Shown: positions 21,554 through 28,883 of the stretch, in pieces
Numbering within the stretch: the first letter of the stretch is position 1
Layout: every line of letters begins with the position of its first letter
Source: an uncultured Holophagales bacterium
Lineage (GTDB): Bacteria; Acidobacteriota; Thermoanaerobaculia; Multivoradales; UBA5704
DNA: 64,000 bases
Direction: 5' to 3'
NCBI GenBank assembly: GCA_963842525.1
Contig: CAWJGT010000025.1
Span: 416,001-480,000, forward strand
The notes under the pieces: model-generated
Database searches by the model: none
What the model was told of the DNA's origin: nothing
The model's input: only the letters and a program-made list of their open reading frames with translations
Program-made: the position numbers and the translations under genes

Positions 21554-23603
21554 TCAAGGCGACGGCACCTGCGGGACCTGGTCGAAATCGACCGCACCCC
21601 GATACTCCACCTCTTCGCCGTCGGCCGCGACGAAACGCAGGATGAGAAGGTCACCCTCGGGCCTGGGGAAGCGGATGCTGCCGCGGTTGTAGCGGTTGTG
21701 TTCGATCGTGCGGAATCGGCCGCCGTGGATCGCGACCCGTACGAATGCGGGCTCGAGCGCCTTTCCAAGATCGCCGAAATAGACCGTCCAATCGAGGGTA
21801 CGCTCGCGATAGAGGTAGACCTCGATCTCTTCGGGGACCGCCGGGATTTCATTCGTTGTGCGCGCCAGGCGGTAGTAGCGGCCACCCTTGCGAATGGACG
21901 AGTCCGTCGATCCCGTGCAGGCGAAGACCTCCTGTTGGCCGTCTGCGAACGTCACGCGGGACAAGTAGTCGGTGGGGCCGACGGGCGTTGCCACGCGTTC
22001 GAAGCCGTCGTTGAACAGGTGCTCGAGGCGGGCATCGTAGCGCTGGCTGCGCCAGACGCTTCCTTCCTCGCGGCCGACGGAGACCTCGGCGATGGTCGCC
22101 AGGTATTGTGCCTCCGCCACGAAACCGCCGCAGGCAATACGCTGCCTCGCCTTCTCGTTCAAGGCGCGCCAGGCGGCCTGGAGCCCGGCGCGTGCCGCCG
22201 CCGGGAAGTCGAAGGCGAGGCGAAAAGGCCCGGCCGGCTCACCACCCCTGTCCGGCTCCAGCTTGACCCAGACGTGGTCGACCCCGGCGAGGTCCTGCAA
22301 GGTCCTGGTGCTGCGATCAGGTTTCCAGCGCTCGAAGACCTCGCCGTCCCGGGAGTAAAGGACCTTGAGAAGGTCGGAGTAGCGGTCGAGGGATTCCGCC
22401 GGTTCGAGCGGCGGGTCGCCAACATAGTGGGTCGTGAGGCCCCAGGAGTGATGCTCGAAGGTGAGGCGCAGCTCGAGCGTCTTCTCGTCGAGGCTGCTCA
22501 GCGGCGGCAGGCCTGCCTGCGCCAGTTGATCGCTGACGACCACCTGGTGAAGGCGTGCGATCAGCTCGTCGGGGTCGCGCGTGTCGCGATACGTGAGCTC
22601 CGTCTCCGCCGACCCGCCGCGGACCAGGTCGCCCTTGTGAAACAGCCGCACGGCGGCGGTGACAGGAAGCGTCGACTTGAGAGCCGCCGCATAGACCCTC
22701 CCCTCGTTCTCGCTCCACTCCGCCTCGGGCTCGAGCTTCCAGACGGCCTTGGCAACGGTCTTCGGTGAGCGGCGTGAAGAGGAGCGGCCCGGCCGGGAAA
22801 TTCCAGGAACAGGTGAAGCCCGGCGGCAGCGCATCCGGCCTGCCCGCCTGCATGATCCTCATCGTGACAGCCGCCCCGGGCGCGAGGAACGGAGTGCTCG
22901 GCAACAGCTCGATGGAGAGAGCGTTGTGCACCACACCGCGCACCGCGAGCTCGTCGAGCCGTTGTCCTGCGCGGCTGATCTGCACAGAAATCCGTGCCGG
23001 AATGGTGCTGCCCCGGCCGGGCAGCGGCTCAGCCGGCATTCTGACCTCCAGCCGGCAGGCGCCGTCCGGCGCCGGCACCTTCAGCACGTCCGCCGGCTCG
23101 ACGCTCCATACGCACTGAGCGCCCTCCAGCGCCTGCGGCGGAGTCGCGGCGACGGCCACCACGGTGCGGGCACCGAGACCGAGCCGGTCGAGATCCGCTT
23201 CGAGCACGTACTTCGGCGCCTTGTGGAGAAGCGTGTCAGCCAGCGCACGCAACGCGCGGTCGATCTCGATGCGATCCTCCTCCGTCGTATAGGCCTGGAT
23301 CTTTACGCACAGCTCGCCCAGGCCCGGCCCATTGAAGAGCTCGGGATCGCCTTCGAGCCGCACATAGCCCACGGACGCCGCCTCAATCTGGTCCTTCTTG
23401 AGCGCCAGGTCCTCTACCTGGGTGAGACTGGTCACGAGGCTTCCGAAGAGCTGTTCCACGGCTTTGCGGCGGGCGGCCGCGAGAAGCTCCCTCCTGGCGT
23501 CCTCCAGTTTCTTGCCTTCGAGGCTCGTACACGCGGTCTGCACGACGACCGTCCGGTCCGGCGCGGACAGCGCGAGAGCTGCCACCAGAAGCAACTTGAT
23601 CAT
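21554..23603 (-). CDS. Secreted hypothetical protein, paralog A, frameshifted at about 22737
   Basis: MIKLLLVAALALSAPDRTVVVQTACTSLE matches paralog B; GAGCTTCCAG here vs GAGCTCCAG in the paralog (about 20665); removing one base joins ORFs 22317..23603 and 21554..22834. Confidence 0.8.
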
Positions 23604-23918
23604 GCCCCTCCCGTTTCACCGTCATCACGTGGGAAGAATCCATCAGAGTGTACGACACCAGAAGCAGACAGAAGGTTGAAGCCCCGAGAGCCTGGGCACG
23701 GTGGCCGGGTTCACGGCCCTGACGGGCGGACGGCGGCGCCCTTGGGGCCCCGGGGCCCGCCGTCCCTTGCTTCAATTGTCAAAGAACGCCTCCTGCGGCG
23801 CTCACGTCGTGACGATCCTCCGGAGCCGCTGCGGAAGCCCGGCGTATGGAGGATCGTCATCACGCCTCCTTCAATATGCTGCATCCTACCACGGCTGAAA
23901 AAAAAGTCCAGAGACCTC

Positions 23919-23947
23919 TTGACAGTGCCATGCACTTCATGGATTCT
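23919..23947 (+). promoter_or_regulatory. Possible sigma70 promoter upstream of the 21-bp array
   Basis: TTGACA-17 bp-GATTCT, preceded by an A-tract. Confidence 0.4.
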
Positions 23948-24037
23948 ATGCACACCAAGCAGGTGGCGGGGCTCCCCGCGCCAATCCCGGCGCCCGGAGG
24001 CCGAGAGCCGAAAAGGCTCCAGCAAAGGAGGCGGAGC

Positions 24038-24403
24038 ATGTCGCACGGGACGCGTGGGGGTGAGCGCCAGAAACGCATGGCCGAGCAGCCGCGGCATGAG
24101 CTCCAGCCGCAGCCGCTCGGGGTCGTGCCGCAGCCGCGCGACCTCCAGCCGCAGCCACACGAGGTCGCGCCGCTGCTGCACGGCCGCCTGTGGCTGCCGC
24201 ACGAGCCCGCGCCGCTCCCGCTCGACCCCGCTCCGCAGCCGCACGGCCGTGTGTGGCAGCCGCAGGAGCCCGTGCCGCCCGCGCTCGACCCCGCTCCGCA
24301 GCCGCACGACCGTGTGTGGCAGCCGCACGAGCCCGTGTGGCAGCGGCACGACCCCGCGTGGCGGCGGCCGTCCGTCGAGAAAGGAGGTGCGCGATGTAGG
24401 TGA
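24038..24403 (+). CDS. Possible Pro/Gln/His-rich heptad-repeat peptide encoded by the array
   Basis: AAAGGAGG RBS before ATG 24038; (QP-H-x-P/R-x-P/W)n. Several other frames are also open across the array, so coding status is uncertain. Confidence 0.3.
   Translation: MSHGTRGGERQKRMAEQPRHELQPQPLGVVPQPRDLQPQPHEVAPLLHGRLWLPHEPAPLPLDPAPQPHGRVWQPQEPVPPALDPAPQPHDRVWQPHEPVWQRHDPAWRRPSVEKGGARCR
24088..24360. repeat. Degenerate tandem array, 13 x 21 bp
   Basis: Units in exact 21-bp phase, e.g. GCAGCCGCACGACCGTGTGTG, GCAGCCGCACGAGCCCGTGTG, GCAGCGGCACGACCCCGCGTG; 63-bp higher-order repeat (24172-24234 vs 24235-24297). Confidence 0.9.
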
Positions 24404-24500
24404 GAGATGTGGCAGGAGACGGACGAAGTGCCGTAGCAAGCCTGTCCCGGACGGTCCGGGGGAGGACGAACGTCAACCAAGAGATGAAAGGAGAAGCATC

Positions 24501-24884
24501 ATGTCGGAGATTTCGTCGTTTGCCGATTTCATGACGGACTGGAGCCTTCTGATCCAGGCGATCCTCAACAACGAAGAGGATCTGCCCGACCTCGCGGGGC
24601 TCGTGGGGCCGCTCGCGGCCCTCCTGGACGAGGCCGGGCGGCTGGATGCCGCCAAGGCGGCGGCGCGGGCGCAGCTCAGCCAGGGGGCCAAGCGCAGCCG
24701 GACCCTGCTGCCTGAAGGGCGTGCCGCAGCCTCGCGGCTGCGCGCCGCCCTGAAGGTCCACTACGGCGGCCACAACGAGAAGCTGGTCGAGTTCGGCATC
24801 GCGCCCCTGCGGGTGCGGCGTACGCCTCAGCCGGCTGATCCGCCACCCCCGAACCCGCCGATTTCGGTCCGCCAGACCGAGTAA
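24501..24884 (+). CDS. Small alpha-helical hypothetical protein with Pro-rich tail
   Basis: GAAAGGAG RBS; MSEISSFADFMTDWSLLIQAIL..LKVHYGGHNEKLVEFGIAPLR; typical GC3 usage; followed by a terminator. Confidence 0.85.
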   Translation: MSEISSFADFMTDWSLLIQAILNNEEDLPDLAGLVGPLAALLDEAGRLDAAKAAARAQLSQGAKRSRTLLPEGRAAASRLRAALKVHYGGHNEKLVEFGIAPLRVRRTPQPADPPPPNPPISVRQTE

Positions 24885-24902
24885 GTTGGATTTCGCACCA
24901 CG

Positions 24903-24937
24903 GGGGGCGTGCGTTGCGCACGCCCCCTATGTTCTTT
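24903..24937 (+). terminator. Rho-independent terminator
   Basis: GGGGGCGTGCG-TTG-CGCACGCCCCC hairpin followed by TATGTTCTTT. Confidence 0.7.
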
Positions 24938-25051
24938 GACAAACGAAGTGCAACCTTCCAACCCAGGGATGGGCCTTGGCCGGAGGTCTGTCCCTCCTAC
25001 CTATCCAGGAGGCGGACCGTGAGCACCTTTCGCCTGCACGGCAGAGATTCA

Positions 25052-25081
25052 TTGACAGACGTTTCTTTCGTTTGGTAAGTT
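25052..25081 (+). promoter_or_regulatory. Sigma70 promoter of the Cys-rich mini-protein operon
   Basis: TTGACA-18 bp-TAAGTT with extended -10 TGn. Confidence 0.6.
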
Positions 25082-25121
25082 CAACAAGCCTTCCCTAATC
25101 TCTGGAAGGCTGGGAGGAGAG

Positions 25122-25469
25122 GTGGGCAAGCGCGCATTCCTCTTAGCAGTTGTCGCTGTCTGGCTGGCCCGGGCTGCATTCGCCGCGGGAGACACCTGTT
25201 CCAGCGCGGCTGGCTGCGCCGACTGTGAGCACAGGGCCAACGGCCCCGCTTGCATCCTCGTTAGCAGTGATGCGAGCTGTGAGTGCGATCTCTTCGTTTT
25301 TGGCGGCACCATGGCCTGCGGGGTTGATGGCATCTGCGACTACACCGTTGCCGGTGGTGGTGGTGGAGGTGGTGGCGGCGGGGGCGGGGGTGGTGGAGCC
25401 TGTGCAAGGCCGCCCGGCGCATGGTGTCCCTCCGAGTGCTCCTCGTGCGAGACCATCTACTGGTATTAG
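25122..25469 (+). CDS. Secreted Cys-rich mini-protein 1 (8-Cys domain, poly-Gly linker, 4-Cys tail)
   Basis: GGGAGGAGAG RBS + GTG; signal peptide ending AFA; tail CARPPGAWCPSECSSCETIYWY; paralogous to the next ORF. Confidence 0.85.
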   Translation: MGKRAFLLAVVAVWLARAAFAAGDTCSSAAGCADCEHRANGPACILVSSDASCECDLFVFGGTMACGVDGICDYTVAGGGGGGGGGGGGGGGACARPPGAWCPSECSSCETIYWY

Positions 25470-25478
25470 AGGCCCCCG

Positions 25479-25835
25479 ATGAAAACATTCCTGGCATGGA
25501 CCGGCCGTATCCTGCTAGTCCCTGTCCTCGCCTGTGCCCTCGAAGGGACGGGCAACGCCACGGGTTGTACCTCGGCAAGCGGCTGTGCGGATTGCGAGAA
25601 CGCCGCTAACGGCATCGCGTCCTGCATCACTGTGCAGAGAGATGCCCATTGCGAATGCTCGATCAGGGTCACCACACCTACGATGTGTATCCTCGAAGAT
25701 ATCTGCGATTACACAGCCACTGGCGGCGGAGCAGGTGGTGGTGGCGGCGGGGGTGGTGGAGGCACCTGTTCCAGGCCTCCTGGCGCGTGGTGTCCTTCTG
25801 AGTGCTCGTCGTGCGAGACGATTTACTGGTACTGA
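25479..25835 (+). CDS. Secreted Cys-rich mini-protein 2
   Basis: Same Cys scaffold (C-x5-CADCE..C..CEC..C..ICDYT), poly-Gly and tail CSRPPGAWCPSECSSCETIYWY. Confidence 0.85.
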   Translation: MKTFLAWTGRILLVPVLACALEGTGNATGCTSASGCADCENAANGIASCITVQRDAHCECSIRVTTPTMCILEDICDYTATGGGAGGGGGGGGGGTCSRPPGAWCPSECSSCETIYWY

Positions 25836-25854
25836 GCTCGGAGCGGGAAGGAAG

Positions 25855-28182
25855 ATGAAAACCCGGTGCTCGCGATGTGGAAGGGCCGTTCTGATCGGGG
25901 GCATTGTGTTGGCGATGGCTATGGGCGTGCGCTCCGCAGTGGCGGAGGGGCCGGCTGTTGCAGTGCAGGTTCATGTGACGGTACGAGGGGCAGGGGACCC
26001 GGCCGAGGGGCAGAAGGACATCCCGGTGCGGGCCGTGGCTGTCTGGTATGGCAAAGGAAAGGTCGAGCCGCGATCTATCGAGCTTGCCACCACGCGGCCG
26101 GCGACGCTGGCGCTTTCACCGGGGCGCTGGGTTCTGATGGCGGAGGCCGCAGGCTACTGGGGCAGCGAGCACCCCGTTGCGGTCACCCAGACAGCGACCG
26201 AGGTCACTCTGGATCTCTGGCCGGCCGGTCAAGTAGAAGGCGGATACACCGTCCCAGACGGTGAAGCTGCCCCCACCAATCTTTTTGCCTTCTTGAGACC
26301 GGCTCCCGAGGTTGCTGCCTCACAGGCGCCGGCGCCTTCCAAGGTCGTCTGCCCGGTCGAGCGGGAGACATGGCGGTGTACCTTGCCGGCGGGCCTCCTC
26401 GATATCCGGTTCCAGGCGGATGGATTCATCCCGCGCTACCAGTGGGGTATCCGTGTACCGAGAGGTGGCGCGTTACGACTGGGCCGGCTCGACCTGCGGC
26501 GCGGCTCTGCCGTTCTGGGATGGGTGGTGACCGCAGACGGAACCGGGGTAGGTGACAAGGGCCGGGTCGAGCTGCAACCCAAGATGGGCGGTCCCGTCCG
26601 CAGCCAAGAGGACGTGAGCCGTTTGAAGGCCCTTTCGTTCGAGGCGCCCATCCATCCGCGCGGATTTTTTCAGCTCGACGGCGTACCGCCGGGAGCCTAC
26701 GTCCTGGCCGCGAAGCATGATCGCTTCGCCACGGCCGCCACGACGGTAAGAGTCGTCCCGGGTGAGGTCACGGAGATCGCCAATCCGCCGCTCGTGTTGG
26801 ATCTGCCGCAGACCCTCGAGGTCTACTTGAGCCCGCCTCTCGACCCCTGGGGAAAGCCCTGGGCGGTGCGGCTGCTGCGCCTGGACCGAGGCTCCGCGGT
26901 GATGACGAACGTGCTTCTGGAGCCTGCCGAGAGCGGCGGCATCTGGAAAAAAGCAGGGCTTGCACCGGCGTCATATCTCCTGAAGATCGGGCCTCACAAC
27001 GGGGACACCTGGCAAGTGGAAGAGGTGGAGGTCAATGCCAGCCTTGCACCCCTGCACCTTGATATCAACGTTCTCCAGGTCGTCGGCACCCTCCGCCTCG
27101 GGAAGGATCCTCTCGCGGCCAAGCTCACTTTCGGAGGACGCTGGGGAGCGGTCCGCATCCAGGCGCGCTCGGACGACGAGGGAAAATTCCAGGTCTTCCT
27201 GCCGCAGGCAGGGGACTGGAGCGTGCACATTTCCTCCACGGAACCGCCTGTCAACCGCGAGATTCCCAAGCTCGCAATTCAGCCGAAACCGGACACGAAC
27301 GTCGCAGAGCTCGCCATCGATCTGCCGAACACGAAGCTGCGCGGGCGTGTCGTGGATGAAGCCGGGACAGCGGTAGCCGGTGCGCTCGTGAGCGTCCAGA
27401 GCGCGGGCTCCGTCGAAGAGCCAAGGGTGCAGGAGCGCGCGGACGGCGAAGGACAATTCGAAATTCTCGGCCTGCCGTCCGGACCCGTGCAGGTCGGGGC
27501 TGACGCGGCCGGGGATCGTTCGTCCGACCTGATCATCGCGACGATCACGGATGATCAGGAGCTGCCGCCGGTCACCCTGACCCTAAGGCCGCGACTGCGA
27601 ATTTCTGGCACCGTCGCATGGCCGGGCGGAGTGGTCGCAGGAGCGAGAGTGAAAGCAGTACCCGTGGGAATCCCCTACTTCAGCGTACCTTCCACAACGA
27701 GCGATGCCCAGGGCCGTTTCGAAGTGACTGTGCCGCCGGCGACCCGTGAAATGCTCCTGGCAGTCGGCGCGCCGGGTTTCGCGTTCCGAATGCTGCGGAT
27801 TCCCGTCCCTGAGGATCGCCAATTCGTTGTTGGTGTCGAGCAGGCTGGTGGCACTCTCATCGTGAAGACTGAAGGGCCGCACAACCTCCCGGCCCCAGAC
27901 ATTCCTGACATCTTCGTGCTCCAGGGAAGCGCTTTCGAGGGGCTTTTCTATCTGAGGATGTGGGCTGTATCGTCCGGTGCCAACCAGGAGGACCCGACCC
28001 GCTCCGTCATTCCGTTCGTGGAGCCCGGGGAGTACCGGGCCTGTTGGGTATCGCCTGCCGAACAGGCGAGCCTCGCGATCGGGATCATTCCGGAAGGCCG
28101 GTGTGCGAAGGGCTTCCTGCCGCCCAACGGAGAGCTGACTCTCAAGCTGCCCACGCTCCAGACAGCAGGCTCGGCTCGCTAG
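25855..28182 (+). CDS. Secreted carboxypeptidase-regulatory-like (CarboxypepD_reg/prealbumin-like) repeat protein
   Basis: Signal peptide; repeated LRGRVVDEAGTAVAGALV..ADGEGQFEILGLPSG, ISGTV..SDAQGRFEV and FQLDGVPPGAYVL units. Confidence 0.8.
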   Translation: MKTRCSRCGRAVLIGGIVLAMAMGVRSAVAEGPAVAVQVHVTVRGAGDPAEGQKDIPVRAVAVWYGKGKVEPRSIELATTRPATLALSPGRWVLMAEAAGYWGSEHPVAVTQTATEVTLDLWPAGQVEGGYTVPDGEAAPTNLFAFLRPAPEVAASQAPAPSKVVCPVERETWRCTLPAGLLDIRFQADGFIPRYQWGIRVPRGGALRLGRLDLRRGSAVLGWVVTADGTGVGDKGRVELQPKMGGPVRSQEDVSRLKALSFEAPIHPRGFFQLDGVPPGAYVLAAKHDRFATAATTVRVVPGEVTEIANPPLVLDLPQTLEVYLSPPLDPWGKPWAVRLLRLDRGSAVMTNVLLEPAESGGIWKKAGLAPASYLLKIGPHNGDTWQVEEVEVNASLAPLHLDINVLQVVGTLRLGKDPLAAKLTFGGRWGAVRIQARSDDEGKFQVFLPQAGDWSVHISSTEPPVNREIPKLAIQPKPDTNVAELAIDLPNTKLRGRVVDEAGTAVAGALVSVQSAGSVEEPRVQERADGEGQFEILGLPSGPVQVGADAAGDRSSDLIIATITDDQELPPVTLTLRPRLRISGTVAWPGGVVAGARVKAVPVGIPYFSVPSTTSDAQGRFEVTVPPATREMLLAVGAPGFAFRMLRIPVPEDRQFVVGVEQAGGTLIVKTEGPHNLPAPDIPDIFVLQGSAFEGLFYLRMWAVSSGANQEDPTRSVIPFVEPGEYRACWVSPAEQASLAIGIIPEGRCAKGFLPPNGELTLKLPTLQTAGSAR

Positions 28183-28376
28183 AGAGGAGCTCCCTGGCCC
28201 GCGCTGTAGGGCCACGAGTTGCTCGATCAACTCTGGCGCCGTCCCTCCCATCTGTCCATGAGGCTGCGGCCATTGCATCTCACTCTCGCCAGCACGGCAC
28301 ACTGTTTTAGTCCGGAGGCAGGGCGCCATTGGCCGATGGAGGCTGCCGTGCGGCCTTGCCGGAAAGGAACCCCGTC

Positions 28377-28809
28377 ATGGCCCGAAGCACCCTCTGCCGC
28401 TGTGTCGTCCTGGCCGTCCTGGTTACCGTTCTCCTGGCGCCCGCGACGGCTTCGGCCGCCTCCTGGCTCGTCTCGCCTGATCCCATCGCCGAAAGCCAGG
28501 GTCTGCTCGCGGGAAGCCATGGAGGCCTTCCTCGCCGACCACGTGGGGATCGACGCCGCCCTGGTCGCGCTCGACCTCGGGGTCATTCACACGCAGAGAA
28601 ACGAGACCGGCGCGCTCAAGCAGCTTGCCGCGGAGCTGATCCCCGTCTTCGAATGGGGCGAGCTCCACGAGGGCGCCCTCGCCGCGCTTCTCCTCTTTCG
28701 CCAGGCTGCCGAGGCCGAAGCGGTTACTCCAGCACTCCTCCAACAGGTCGCGGCCGGCCTCCGTCCGGCACAGGACAATCTGGACCTCCGTTTCGGGACC
28801 GGGGGCTGA
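28377..28809 (+). pseudogene. Probable deletion chimera: signal-peptide N-terminus of a small gene joined out of frame to the C-terminus of a TPR-like helical protein
   Basis: MARSTLCRCVVLAVLVTVLLAPATASAAS with RBS loses sense at about 28505; another frame reads EAFLADHVGIDAALVALDLG..ALAALLLFRQAAEAE..LRF with no proper N-terminus. Confidence 0.45.
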
Positions 28810-28883
28810 AGGTTCCCTTTGCTTCTCGGGCTTCCCAGCCAGCCTGATGTTGGTCTGAAACTTCATATCGATCACCTCCTCTG

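Noticed and set aside
24088-24360. CRISPR or TIGR-like array
   Set aside because: The 21-bp units lack distinct unique spacers, and no cas or Nop-domain gene is present; kept only as an unexplained array
22749-24884. 711-aa ORF
   Set aside because: Only the last 127 aa (from ATG 24501, with RBS) look coding; the rest is antisense to paralog A or spans the repeat array
25122-25835. Ranthipeptide/lanthipeptide RiPP precursors
   Set aside because: Sec-type signal peptides, even Cys numbers in the mature parts and no radical SAM, LanM or transporter nearby; the only radical SAM gene in the window is RlmN
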